Below are positions 31,406 to 44,345 of a stretch of 64,000 bases of DNA, piece by piece. Numbering within the stretch: position 1 is the stretch's first letter; every line of letters begins with the position of its first letter. The notes beneath the pieces are model-generated. The model had not been told where the DNA came from and did not search any database. It was given only the letters and a program-made list of their open reading frames with translations. The position numbers and the translations under genes were made by a program. The stretch is from Eledone cirrhosa. Its lineage: Eukaryota. The DNA lies in contig OZ024748.1 in NCBI GenBank assembly GCA_964016885.1, positions 53,196,001 through 53,260,000 on the forward strand, in the 5' to 3' direction.

Positions 31406-31700
31406 ATTCCTCTTGTCTTATCTCTCTCTTTCTCTCTCTTCATTCCCCTTGCCTTCTCTCTCTCTTCCACTTTTTTTCTCTTTCCTTTCTCATCTTTCTT
31501 TTTTCTTATTTCTCTCTCCTCGCCCCTTCACTCCTACTTTCTGTCTCGTATCTGTCTCTCATTCTCGCTTTTTTTCCAGCTTTCTCCCCCCCTTTTCTCT
31601 CGCTCTCCCACTTTATCTCTCCCACTTTATCTCTCTTCTCCTCTTTCCTGTCCCACACATATTTTGCCCTCTTCTACTTCTCTCTTTCACACCGACACCC
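30800..31700. repeat. Polypyrimidine (CT)n / ctcgtctctttctctctccct array
   Basis: Direct reading. Confidence 0.9.
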
Positions 31701-32084
31701 ACATACTTTGTCTGTCTGTCACCTTATACATAAACGCAAATGTTCACATATATATATGTGTGTGTGTGTGTACCGTCCATAGGCATTTATATATATACCC
31801 CTACACACATATATATATACATATATATATGTGTGTGTGTGTAGGTATATATATATAAATGCTTATGGAAGGTAGCATCATGGATTCTTCATTGTAATAA
31901 TTTTACGTCCATTTTGTTTTGTTTTCTTCTTGCTGGAATGGGTTGGACGGATTGTGAGGATCTGAGTCAGCTACAATTTGGAGTTACTACCTTTCTAGAA
32001 GGATCGGTGGGCCATGACTCGTTCTTATGTTACATATAGGCTGGTTTCTACGGCTGGACCCCCTCTCTAAATCCATTCACTTTA

Positions 32085-32550
32085 CAGAGGGTATTTGGGA
32101 CATTCTGTCGAGACACCGAGGATATTTGGGACATTCTGTCGAGACACCGAGGGTATTTGGGACATTCTATCGAGACACCGAGGGTATTTGGGACATTCTA
32201 TCGAGACACCGAGGGTATTTGGGACATTCTGTCGAGACACCGAGGGTATTTGGGACATTCTATCGAGACACCGAGGGTATTTGGGACATTCTGTCGAGAC
32301 ACCGAGGGTATTTGGGACATTCTATTGAGACACCGAGGGTATTTGGGACATTCTGTCGAGACACCGAGGGTATTTGGGACATTCTATCGAGACACCGAGG
32401 GTATTTGGGACATTCTATCGAGACACCGAGGGTATTTGGGACATTCTATCGAGACACCGAGGGTTTTGGGACACTCTGTCGAGACACCGAGGGTATTTGG
32501 GACATTCTATCGAGACACCGAGGGTATTTGGAGCATTTTATCAAGACACC
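32085..32550. repeat. 31-bp minisatellite, ~15 copies
   Basis: Unit cgagacaccgagggtatttgggacattct(a/g)t. Confidence 0.95.
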
Positions 32551-32801
32551 ATCTCTAAAGAGATTGCATTGTTTCCTGCAAGATGAAACAGTCTTCTCTC
32601 CTCTAAGTTGTCTCGATGCGTTCCAGTCAAACAAGAGAGTGAATAGAAAACTTAGTTTTAATGTGATGTTAAGGAAAAAGTAATGTTTGAGAGACAGTGA
32701 TAGGTAGGACTTATGATGCTAAAAGAAAACCCAATTTACTATTGTTTAAAGCCCAATTTACCAATGTTTAGAGCCCAATCACTTGCTTGTGACAACTGGT
32801 A

Positions 32802-33259
32802 ATACCGTTGATTACTCCCCTTTGCTGTTGCCGAGACTAAGTACGTGAGGTAGTCACTACTTCAAAATTCATAACGAATGATCTTCAAAATGTTTTTAAA
32901 TAAACATACAGTATATTATCAAATATATTATACATACATTCATATATACATCGTTATTTCAGGGCACCTATACTCATTTCTATTTTTTACTGGGCCGGCA
33001 ACTACTCTGTAAGTTAATGAGTTTAAACAGCTCGTAATCGTAACTGGAATTCAATAAGAATCTAGCTTCTATAACTCTCGGCAAAAACGAATGGGTATGT
33101 CGTCTTGACAACCACTTAAGTGAGAAACGGTACTACCGTTGATTACTCCCCTTTGCTCTTGCAGAGACTAAGTATCTGACGTAGTGACTACTTTAAAATT
33201 CATAGCGAATGGTCTTCAAAATGTTTTATAATAAACATACAGTATATTATCAAATATAC

Positions 33260-33260
<1 letters not shown>
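32802..33260. repeat. ~125-bp direct repeat pair (32802-32930 and 33133-33260)
   Basis: taccgttgattactcccctttgct..gagactaagta..aaaattcata.cgaatg.tcttcaaaatgtttt..taaacatacagtatattatcaaatata. Confidence 0.85.
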
Positions 33261-33327
<67 letters not shown>

Positions 33328-33356
33328 TATATGTGTGTATGTGGTGTGTAGAACAA

Positions 33357-33482
33357 GAGGTGTGGTAAGAAACCAGGTGGACCATAACGCACCAGAGTAC
33401 TCGATACTTAGGGTAGTAGAGTGGGTAATAGTTCGGATCTAGCTGTCGAAAGGGCCGGGACTCAGCCGTCGGGGTCCTGACT

Positions 33483-33531
<49 letters not shown>

Positions 33532-33719
33532 AACGAGTAGGACCCCGACGGTTGAGCTCAAGCCGTTTCGACGGCTAATTCTGGTCCAGAATTAGCCGTC
33601 GAAACGGCTTGAGCTCAGCCGTCAGGGTCCTACTCGTTCCTATTACCCACTCTACTACCCTAAGTATTGAGTACTTTGGTGCGTTATGGTCCACCTGGTT
33701 CCTTACCACATCTCCTCCG

Positions 33720-33765
<46 letters not shown>

Positions 33766-33900
33766 CGAAGGAGGTGTGGTAGGGAACCAGATGGACCATA
33801 ACGTACCAGAGTACTCAATACTTAGGGTAGTAGAGTGGGTAATAGGAAAATGTTAGACCCCGACGGCAGAACTCAAGCCGTTTCGACGGCTAACATTTTC
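33357..33900. mobile_element. Nested inverted array of a Penelope-like terminus (family P3) with hammerhead 3' halves
   Basis: Palindrome 33528-33642 centred at 33585, and a second inversion around (TA)n at 33721-33763. Motif tagccgtc-GAAAC-ggc-ttgagctca-gcc-GTC-(a/g)ggg; another copy at ~49760-49826. Confidence 0.6.
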
Positions 33901-35172
33901 CAATATATATATATATATATATATCCATCTCACGGATTAGGAGGGGTAATCTTCGATGTTCTAGAAATAGCAGCTAGATCTCCTTCAAAGCAAATATCAT
34001 TCTCCTAGAAAAGGGGACACATACAATGTTGTGATAGATTCCCTATAAAAACACTTGATAGTCCCGGTTGGAATGTCATTCATTATATTTGCTTGATTAG
34101 GGGATGGCCTGGAGCTACATAATATGTAACTCCCCCACCACCACTTCTACCACCACCACTACTACTACCACTACTATTACCACTACTATTACTACCACTT
34201 CTACCACCACCACTACTACTACCACTACTATTACCACTACTATTACTACTAATACCACTACTACTTCTACTACTAATACCACCACCACGACTACTACTAC
34301 CGCCATTACCACCACCACCACTAAGACTACTACTACACCCACCAACACGACCACAAGCACCACTATTACTGTCACCGCTACTACTACTAGCACAACCACT
34401 ACTACCGCTAATACCACCACCATCACCACTACCACCACCACCACCACCACTACCACCACTACCACAACTACCACTACCACCACCACCACCACCACCACTG
34501 TCACTACCACCACCACTACCACCACAACCACCACTATCACTACCACCACCACCACTACCACCACCACCACAACCACCACACTACCACCACCACCACCACC
34601 ACCACCACCACTACAACCACCACACTACCACCACCACACCACCACCACCACTACCACCACCACCACAACCACCACCACTACCACCACCACCACCACCACC
34701 ACACTACCACCACCACCACCACCACCACCACCACAACCACCACCACCACCACAACCACCACACCACCACCACAACCACCACCACTACCACCACCACCACT
34801 ACCACTACCACCACCACCACAACCACCACCACAACCACCACCACCACCACCACCACTACCACTACCACCACTACCACCACCACTACTAGTACTACTTCGT
34901 TGTTAGAAAATGTAAAATACATGTTTCATTATGTTGTAATTTCCAATCTGTCAACTTTAATTAATTACCAGAATGTGTGTGTGTGTGTCAATATGTGTGA
35001 GTTTATATATATGTGTGTGTGTATGTGAGTAGTTTGTATGTCAGTGTATGTATGTCAACGTGTATGACGGTGAGGGTGTGTGTATGCGTACATACATATA
35101 TATATATATATATGTGTGTGTGCGTGCGCGCGTATAAGTGGGTTGTATGTCAGTATATATATGTCAATGTGA

Positions 35173-35212
<40 letters not shown>

Positions 35213-35466
35213 TGTGTGTGTGTGTGCGCGTCTGTGTGTATGAGTAAGTTGTGTCTGTGTATGTCGGTGAGTGTGTCACTATATTTGTCTGTTTGTATGT
35301 GTGTCTGTGTGTATGAGTAAGTTGTCTCTGTGTATGACGGTGAGTGTGTCACTATATAGATATATATGTGTGTGTCAGTTTGTATGTTTGTGTACCAGTA
35401 TCAGTTTGAGTGTCACTGCGTGTCTGTACAAACACACACAAATACACACTCATATATATATATATA

Positions 35467-35526
<60 letters not shown>

Positions 35527-36813
35527 ATAAAATACTAATTTATAACAATCTTATTGATCAGGGTGAAGTGCAAGTCTGATTAGATCAACCACAGTACTTC
35601 ACTGGTACTTTTATTTTATTGACAACAGTTGGAAGATTGGCGGAGATACAACGTATCATAATGAAAAAAAGACCTGAATGTTTATTTGCTGAATATTATG
35701 TATGTATTATTATCTCCTAGACGTAATGATTAATTAATTAATTTAATTAGACAATTCTATTGATTAGTTAATTATTCATGTTTGTTTAATAGCGTCTGGT
35801 CGAGATCTTTATTCGGTTTGTGGAAAGGAATTTATTCCTTTGTTCAAAATTTGAATTTCGACCGCCAAAACCGGGGAGTTACCTCCCTTTGGGAAAACCA
35901 CGTGACCGCTAACAGTCTTACTGCTATAATTCGCACCCGACCGTGGCACTGAACGGAAGCCTGTTGATAAATTGAGCCCTCTGTTCCATCATCCAAAACC
36001 AAAAACCTGCATACCCCGCAAGTGGATTTGTTGATTTCGGTTTCACAGAAACCTACCGGAGATATTGCATAATATCGACGGGATGATCCAGGTTTGTCAA
36101 ATTATCCTGAGTTGGTTTTGTTGTTGCTTTGATCCTTGCGGCTGGCTCACTCTTTAAACGTATGTTATTATTAAAAGGTGAAACTACCTTATTGAGTGCT
36201 TAGCTGCACATTCCGGATTGCATTCGTTAGAATGGCCGCCGCCAGAGCTTCGATTCTACTGAACTTCCATTTGTATATATATACACAGACACACACAAAA
36301 TATGAGGAAATAATAGATAAAAATATACTTATATTTTCTTCAAAGTTCCGACTGCAGTTTCGCCGATTCGTGTGCAACTCTGCTATATAAAAATGCCTCA
36401 TCGTTGAGGCTAATGCGGCTTTTCACGAGACACCCTCACCCCGCCATGAAAAAGGACTGTTTCTTTCGTAGCAAGTGAGAATATCTTCTTCGCACACTTA
36501 TTACTGAGAGGGTTGTGGGGTTAGTGTCTTCAACCACTCTTTCCAGCGGGCCCTGTCAGAAGCAACCATTTCCATATGACCCGGCTTAATCCCTATATAT
36601 ATATATATATATATACTATAGTTTAGCATTATAAAACTTCATTCGTTATGTGTAGCTAGTCAAATCATAACATGCATGTATGTATGCATGTATGTATGTA
36701 TGTGCTTTCAGAAAATAATTTTTGTGCGAAGGTGTCAAATATAGAGAACAAATTAAGTAAGTTTATATCGTATATATTTTGTATTATATATAGTAAATAT
36801 GAAAAGGCTAGGA

Positions 36814-36851
<38 letters not shown>

Positions 36852-36901
36852 TATAAGGATAAAGAACAAGGAGTCAATGTAGTATCATAACATATTTAAT
36901 A

Positions 36902-36993
36902 ACATATTACATATGTTTCACTATCGATCAGCTCGAGGCAAGACCTATTATAGATCGAATCTGACTCTGTAATCGAAAGATCGTCAGATATGC
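36902..36993 (-). ncRNA. Apparently intact type I hammerhead ribozyme with extended stem II
   Basis: gcauau-CUGACGA-ucuuucgauu...gaucgauagu-GAAAC-auau-GUA-auaugu. Stem I gcauau/auaugu pairs, stem III is the palindrome ACAUAUGU, and both conserved core boxes are present. Confidence 0.75.
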
Positions 36994-37080
36994 TTAGTAT
37001 ATGATTTCGTCTCCGATTCTGAAGTTTCATTTACGTAGATAATAAATTAAATCTGTATATGTAATCAAAGTGTTTTTTAC

Positions 37081-37545
37081 TGTTATATTTGGGGAGGGTC
37101 ATGTTGTAATATTGTCAGAAACATATAGTAAATCACACTCACTGTTCAGTATATATGTATATTTTTATAAATAATTTAGCTGGCAATCAATGTTTATCTT
37201 TGATTGACCAACAGTTTAAGATATAATTATTGTTTCTCAGAGTTCTTTCGTTACACATGTATCTGACATCATCAGTGATGTTTATACGTTTGTTCCCGAT
37301 GTGTTCTTGTAATGCTTTCTTATGTTATTATGCAGGTTTTAAATTAGGAGTTTTCTAGTGTACGTAAGATACACCAACAGCTGGGTGTTATACTAACATA
37401 TATTGTCGGTAAGGTTGTCAATTTTTCAAAGCCATTTATGTGTCGTTAACCACGAGTCTAATTTTCTTGTGATACTTCAAATGTGTATTTATGTTGGGTG
37501 CATCTAGTTTTGAATTGATTTGTTGCCATGCTAACAGTGTGATTA
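37081..37545 (-). mobile_element. Penelope-like element 3' fragment (decayed GIY-YIG C-terminus, hammerhead 37237-37278, family P1 terminus)
   Basis: Minus strand VSMATNQFKTRCTQHKYTF..LTTHKWL resembles the PLE GIY-YIG motif G.T...FK.R...HK..F. It is followed by uca-CUGAUGA-...-GAAAG-aa-CUC-uga. Confidence 0.6.
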
Positions 37546-37570
37546 ATATTAAATGTGACAGTGATTGCAT

Positions 37571-38225
37571 ATTATTACTGCCGCATAAGACCAGGCGTTC
37601 AGAACGAATTAGTTAAAAGCTAACATCGAAGGACATCATAGCTCCCCACTTTGCAGAGTATGCTACATTGTAGACGAATCTGTAACACATATTGCTTGTG
37701 GATTTGAGCAATTAGCAAAAATAACTTACAAATTCAGCATAATCTTATAGCAAAAAGATTTCTTTGGGAGTTGTGCCAAAAAAATACAATATCAGAACGC
37801 AATGTCGGAGGTACGAACATACCCATCATGTATCTTGCCTATCAGGTGTGAGGGTAGAGTTATTTTGGAACCTCGAGATCAAGCGCCACAAATAAAGGTG
37901 AACTCAACCGCCCTAATATTATAGTAAACCCCCATCCACCCCTAAGGGTTCTTATTGAAATTGCGGTACCTAAAGATCTCAGTGTGGCTGAAAAGGAAAT
38001 GAAAAAGATGAATAAGTCTGCAGATCTTTCAGGCTCTATTAGAAGTGAGCACCATGTAGAGATAGAGATGGAGCCACTCGTCATTGTGGAGCTAGGCACG
38101 GTCCCTAAAAACCTTACGTTTTTCATTAAATCTTCGAATCCATGACTTCATAGGCAGAGCCCAATTTACTACCATCACTAGCACTGCCAGAATCCTACAC
38201 GATATATGGAGTCTCTCAGATCAGG
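37571..38225 (+). mobile_element. Decayed R4/Dong-clade retrotransposon: zinc knuckle plus RLE
   Basis: IITAA*DQAFRTN*LKANI..PLCRVC..ESVTHIAC, QHNLIAKRFLWELC, LFWNLEI, NRPNIIV, VLIEIAVPKD..EKEMKKMNK, PLVIVELGTVPKNL and STARIL occur in the canonical order, with stops and frameshifts. Confidence 0.85.
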
Positions 38226-38453
38226 GACACTGATCTGAGGTCAATTAACGCTTCACCTAGCAACCGATTGCTAGAGCTTTTGCGAAATAAATATTATACT
38301 ATTAGTATATGACAGTGTGTTAATGTATTTTACTAGTATTGAACAATATATTTTAAGATTTAGAATGTTTTTCTACATTTATGTTTTGAGAGAAGTTTCA
38401 ATTTTATAAAATGGTGGAATATGTTTTCAGTCTGGGTCAGAACATATTATAGA

Positions 38454-38640
38454 ACTGTTTCTACTTTTGGCACAAGGCCAGCAATTAACCCAGTGCATTA
38501 CTGGTACGTTATTTTATCGACCCCGTAAGAATGAAAAGCAAAGTTAACCTCAGCGTGATTTGAACTCAGACCGTAAATGGGGCGTAACTCTATGCTGCAA
38601 AGCATGGTATCCGACCTTCTGCCGATACTGCCAATCCAAC
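38454..38640 (-). mobile_element. SINE family A
   Basis: Match to 24498-24687. Confidence 0.85.
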
Positions 38641-38774
38641 GCTTTATATATTATATAATGATGGTCATAACTGAAAACAAAAAAAGATCTCCAATGTGGA
38701 ATTGCTAGGTAACTAGGTAGAACAAAGATCTCCAATGAGGAATTGCTAGGTGGAATTGTCAACAGGATAAAATA

Positions 38775-39200
38775 GCAAGCCTTCTCAGAAGATGGAACTG
38801 GATAAGACATTTTGTCAGAAGAGAGCAAGATAGCATCCCAAGAACAGCAGAAGGCAAGCGAAAACGAAGGCTAAAGAACACCTCGCACAAAAGAGCTGAG
38901 GGAGATACGAAGACTGGCAACGCACATGGGGTCCCATAGGGCACGTTGTCACAAGAGAGCAAAATAGAATCCCAAGAACAGCCCTTCACTGGACAGCAGA
39001 GGTCAAGTTAAAACGAAGTTAAAACGAAGAACGCTAAAGAACACCTGGCACAAAACAGCTGAGGAAGAGATGAAGGTCTGGCAACACACATGGGGTCCCA
39101 TAGGGAAGGTTCTCAGAAGAGAGCAAGATAGAATCCCAAGATCAGTCCTCCTTCACGTTTCTGCTCTACATGCCAGTGGGCATAACGGACAGTAGATAGA
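38775..39200 (+). mobile_element. RTE-clade LINE 3' end with an internal tandem duplication
   Basis: LRRWNWIRHFVRREQDSIPRTA, PRTALHWTAE, KNTWHKTAEEEMKVWQHTWG. The gagagcaagatag.atcccaaga motif occurs three times; the fragment ends ALHASGHNGQ* with a tagatagata tail. Confidence 0.75.
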
Positions 39201-41309
39201 TAACTGAAATGTCACTGACCATGAGTCAACTCGACTCAGATCTTCAGGAGTATACATCTAGAAGGATGACTATGATGATGAAAGAAACAACCATCCATTC
39301 ACCGACACCACCAAATTGTTAGAAAAGGATTTTGAATGTTTTGTGTAAGAGGGAAGGGAGCGATAGAGAGAAAGGAATTGAAGTTAATCTTAATTAGAGC
39401 AGGTTCATCACCATCTTTAATTTGTTGTTGTAGCAGATGTTGCTGTTATTTTGTTTACTGCTGTTGTTGCTTTGTTGTTTCTTTTTGGGTGAATTCTAAT
39501 TTGCTGTTTGTTGTATTTAAAAAAATTTTTTGGTGACATATTTTCAGTCATATTTATGGTGGTGATAGTGGTGTGATGGTGGTGGTGGTGTGTGGTGGTG
39601 GTAGTAGCTGTGGTTGTGGTGGTAGTAGTTGTGATGGTGTGTGGTGGTGGTAGTTGTGGTGGTAGTAGTTGTGATGGTGTGTGTGGTGGTAGTTGTGGTC
39701 GAGGTAGTTGTGGTAGTTGTGGTGGTGATTGTTATGTGATGGTTATTGTCGTGGTGTTGGCAGTTGTGGGGTTGATTGCGGTTTTAGTTGTGATGATAAT
39801 GGTGATCGTTGTGGGTTAGATTGTGGTGGTAAAGGTGACTGGGCGGGGGATAGTAATTGTTGTGTTGGTGGTAGTAGAGGTGGTTGTGGTGTGGTAGTAG
39901 TAGAGGTGACTGTAGTAGTTGTGTTGGTGGTAGTAGAGGTGGTTGTAGTGGTAGTAGTAATGATGGCTGTAGTATTTGTGTTGGTGGTAGTAGAGGTGGT
40001 AGTAGTGATGGCTGTAGTAGTTGTTGCATGCTGCTGTTGTGATATTGTTTTGTTACTAGTGTTAGAATGAGGCTACGTTGGTGTCATTAAGGTGGGCAGG
40101 AGATGTTGATAATTAATGACATTCTTGTTTCATTAGCAATTAGATTGTTAATTAGACCTTTGATAAAACACAAGGACCTCCACACCTCAAATGACATTGA
40201 TGGAGGCGGTGGAGACAGGAGTAGTGGTGGTGGTAGTGGTAGTGGGTAGTGATGGAGGTGGTGAAGACATGATTAGTGGTGGTGGTGAAGGTTGCTGTGG
40301 CAGTGAAGGCAGGGGTGATGGTGGAGGTAGGGGTTTGGGGCTGGAGGCTGGCGGTGGCAGGAGTAGGAGTGGTGGTGGAAATGAAGTCTGGGGTAGCAAT
40401 GGAAACAGGCAGTGGTGGTGGTGGTGGTGGTGGTGGAGGCTGAGGTAGCCGTGAAGGCAGGCGGTGGCGATGGTGGCTATAATGATGGTAGTAGTGGTGG
40501 TGGTGATGGTGGCATTGCTGACTACGGAGTCTATATGGGTTGTTGATGATGGAGATGGTGGTGGTGGCATCGCTGGCAATAGGGGCCAAATCTATGATTG
40601 GCGGCAGAGGTGGTGAATGTGGTGGTGGTGAAGGTGGTGGTGGTGGTGAAGGTAGTGGTGGTGAATGTGGTGGTTGTTGTGGTGGTGAATGTGGCGGCAG
40701 CGGTGGTGAATGTGGTGACGGTGAATGTGGCGGTGGTGAATGTGGTGGTTGTTGTGGTGGTGGTGGTGAAACGGTTGTGATGGGGTCCATATGTGTTTGG
40801 CGTTGGTGGAAGTGGTGGTGGTGAAGATGGCGATGATGGTGGTGGTAATGAGGCCCGTATGTGGTTGGTGTTGGTAGGCAATGGTTGTTATTTGTGGGTG
40901 GTCATGACCATTTGTGGATAATGGTGGTGGCGGCGACGACGGTGAACGTGGTCGGGATGATGACGGTGATGGTGTTGTTGTCGGTGATCGTGGTGGTGGG
41001 TGGGTGGTGATAGTTATAGCAGAACTGGTGATAAAATGATGGTCATCTTTGTGTGGTACTGATAGTTATGCCAATGGTGACCTATGTAGGTGACTGGTAT
41101 GGTGGTGGTGGTAGGGGTCACTAGTGTATTTATGTAGGGTCTGCTTGTAAGAGGAGTTGTAATGTTTATTTCTCACATTAGTTTATATAAAGCCAGGTAT
41201 TTGTAAAGAGAAAACATTTAACTGAAATTATTCCAATTGTGCTGATAATACTGGTATTGAGTTTATCTCTCCCGGTGAAATCAAAATCCATGACTGTTTC
41301 TGACAAGTA

Positions 41310-41890
41310 CAGATAGCCGTAACTCGGATTACAGATAGCCGTAACTCGGATTACAGATAGAGGTAACTAGAATTATAGATAGACTGAACTGGAATGATAG
41401 ATAGACGTAACTCAGAACAACTCGGATTAGAGTTAGACGCAACTCGGATTAGAGCTAGACGCAACTCGGATTAGAGTTAGACGCACCTCGGATTAGAGTT
41501 AGACGCACCTCGGATTAGAGTTAGACGCACCTCGGATTAGAGTTAGACGCACCTCGGATTAGAGTTAGACGCACCTCGGATTAGAGTTAGACGCACCTCG
41601 GATTAGAGTTAGACGCACCTCGGATTAGAGTTAGACGCAACTCGGATTAGAGTTAGACGCAACTCGGATTAGAGTTAGACGCAACTCGGATTAGAGTTAG
41701 ACGCAACTCGGATTAGAGTTAGACGCAACTCGGATTAGAGTTAGACGCAACTCGGATTAGAGCTAGACGCAACTCGGATTAGAGCTAGACGCAACTCGGA
41801 TTAGAGCTAGACGCAACTCGGATTAGAGCTAGACGCAACTCGGATTAAAATTAGACGTATCTCGGAGTTTAGACGGACGTAACTCGGTTT
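41310..41890. repeat. 21-bp minisatellite, ~27 copies, with block-wise variants
   Basis: Unit (a/c)ctcggattagag(t/c)tagacgca. Confidence 0.95.
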
Positions 41891-42109
41891 ATAGATAAGC
41901 TAAACAGGACTGGAATATGTAATAATTTCTTCTATAGACACAATGCCAGCAGAATTTTGGAGAAGGACAAAGTTGATTAAACCAAACCTAACACATGACT
42001 GGTACTTTATTTTATCATTACTTAACTATAAAATTAAAATGTGGTGATCCAGAACAAATAGACACTTACCAAATAAACACGTAAATAAATGGTTGCCAAG
42101 TGGACATGT

Positions 42110-42350
42110 GGATGCGCGTGGCCAAGTGGTAAGGCTGTTAGACTTATGATTATAATGTTGTAGGTTCGATTCTTGGACTGGGCTGTGTGTTATATTCTTG
42201 GGCAAACCACTTTATTTCAAGTTTCTGCAGTATACTCAACTGAAAATAAGTACCAGCAATAGCTGGGGGTTTAACCCTGCAATGAACTGGTGTCCTGTCA
42301 AGAGAGGAGTCTTGTACTTTCAGTCGCTTTACACAAAGGAAACGAGGATA
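42110..42350 (+). mobile_element. tRNA-derived SINE family B
   Basis: A-box gtggccaagtggtaagg, B-box ggttcgattct, core cactttatttca..tactcaactgaaaataagtaccagc. Confidence 0.8.
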
Positions 42351-43448
42351 TGCACCAACTAACCACTTCACTAAACCAGTCACTCAACCAACTAGCCACC
42401 CAATTAACTCCACTTTTAGCCAACCACCCAAGCAACCACATCAACTACCAGTCACACAGCCAATCAAACAGCCAACCACCCACCGCACCAACTCCCCACC
42501 GCCCCACCCACCGCACCAACCACCCAACCAGCCACCCAACCAACCAACCACTCTATTCAAAAACACCGGACCACCGTAACTTCATTAACACAGGACCACC
42601 ACCGTATCTTCATTAACAAGTCTAATTAGTGACATATCGTTATTTGGTTCTCGTTCAATTTGAGTTTGGTCTCATTAACGCTTTATTGTTGTTATGTTTG
42701 TTGTAGTAGTAGTTGGTGTAATTATTGTTGTTGTTGTTCACTTTGTCCTGTGTTTTATACATTTTTTGCTGTTTTGCTGTAGTTGTAGTAGTAGTAGCAG
42801 CAGTAGTTGTTGTTGTTGACGTTGTCCTGTGTTTTATATATTTCTGCTGTTATTGTTGTAGTGGCATTCATTTTACTGTTGTTGCGTTTGTTGTTGTTGT
42901 TTATTATTGTGACACAGTACCCCCCCCCCCCCCACACACACACACACACACCCACCTACTCCTCCACCTACTCCCCCATCCCCCACCTCACCTACACCTC
43001 TACCCCACCCCTGTCTAAGAACTGCTGTTGACATTCGTATCAGAGGTCGGTCAGAACTAATTAACAGAGATTGACAATGCCGTGATGAACTTCATGTCGA
43101 TGGTGGTGGTGGTGGTGGTGGTGGTGGTGTTGGCAGTGAGAAATGATGATGATGATGATCATGATGATAGAAAAATAGGCGATGATGATGGGTGTGTGCA
43201 CGGGTGGTGGTAGTGTATTGTTGGTGGTGCTGTTGACAGAGGTATTGAGTATAATAATGATGTTGGTATTGGTAGTAATGATGATGATAGTGGTGATATT
43301 AATAGGGATGATGATGATGACGGTGATGGTGGCGATGATGGTGGGGATGGGGATGCTAATGATGTCGTTGATGTCGATGATGGTTTTCACGATGTTCTTG
43401 TTTGTATCAAAAATGAGGATGATGATGATGATTTTAATTCTAATGATA

Positions 43449-43533
43449 ATTAAGGTGATAATGATGATGATGATACAAGCATTATTAGTTGTATTAATAA
43501 TGCTTGTATCATCATCATCATTATCACCTTAAT
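43449..43533. repeat. Perfect 39-bp-arm hairpin with 7-nt loop
   Basis: attaaggtgataatgatgatgatgatacaagcattatta-gttgtat-taataatgcttgtatcatcatcatcattatcaccttaat. Confidence 0.9.
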
Positions 43534-43810
43534 CCTTACGAGGTCGATAAAATAAAGTACCAGTAATGCATTGAGAAGCTACATTAACAATGGGGGCACC
43601 ATGGACAGTGAACTGCATTGTAGAATGGGAAAGGCTTCAGCAGCATTTAACCAGCTTGACAAGATCTGGAAGAGCAGGAAGTTCACCCTCAAAACAAAGA
43701 TGAGATTCTACAACAGCAACGTGCTGTCTACACTCTTGTACGGAAGTGAAACATGGCACCTTAAGACCAGCCAAGAGAAGAAGTTGGACGCATTCGATTC
43801 CAGATATCTG
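43532..43810 (+). mobile_element. SINE A core fragment fused to an RTE reverse-transcriptase thumb fragment
   Basis: atccttacgaggtcgataaaataaagtaccagtaatgcattg is followed directly by SYINNGGTMDSELHCRMGKASAAFNQLDKIWKSRKFTLKTKMRFYNSNVLSTLLYGSETW. Confidence 0.85.
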
Positions 43811-44184
43811 TATGAGTATATAAATATAAACGTGCAAACACAAACACACTTACAAAAATACACACTCGCGGACATACATTTACACAAATACACTCGCACA
43901 CAGAGCGCAGCAAATGGAACGCCAGCCGCTGTTTTGTTATAGTTTTTTTCACCATCGCCTTCCTTTCTTTTTCACACACATACATTGTGGGATGGACAAA
44001 AGTCGCTCAAATTTATATATAGATGGTATTGTAACTCCCGAGAAGCGCAGCATTGTCATGCAGCGTTTCTAGGGCACTTTTAAACTTGGTGGCACCCATT
44101 TCCTCCCTAGGCCTGAGTACTGCAGTTTTCTTCCACAGAAGGATAGATAGATAGATAGATAGATAGAGAAAGAGTTATAGTGGA

Positions 44185-44345
44185 AAAGTCGATCCCAATA
44201 CTAGACTGATACTTTATTTTATCAACCTCGAAAAGATGAAAGACAAAGTTGACCTCAACGGGATTTGAACTCAGAAATCAGAGATCCAAAACGAATAGCA
44301 CAAATTATTCCATCCGACGTTCTAACGACCCCAGCTAATTTGCCG
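44185..44345 (-). mobile_element. Degenerate SINE family A
   Basis: actttattttatcaacctcgaaaagatgaaagacaaagttgacctcaacgggatttgaactcag. Confidence 0.75.

Noticed and set aside
40152-40881. Pro/His-rich and Gly/Cys-rich ORFs
   Set aside because: Derived from (GGT)n low-complexity DNA and open in several frames on both strands.
41310-41890. TTAGAG/TTAGAC hexamers resembling telomeric repeats
   Set aside because: No TTAGGG array; it is an ordinary 21-bp minisatellite.
42110-42190. tRNA gene
   Set aside because: A and B boxes are present but continue into a SINE body; no intact cloverleaf.
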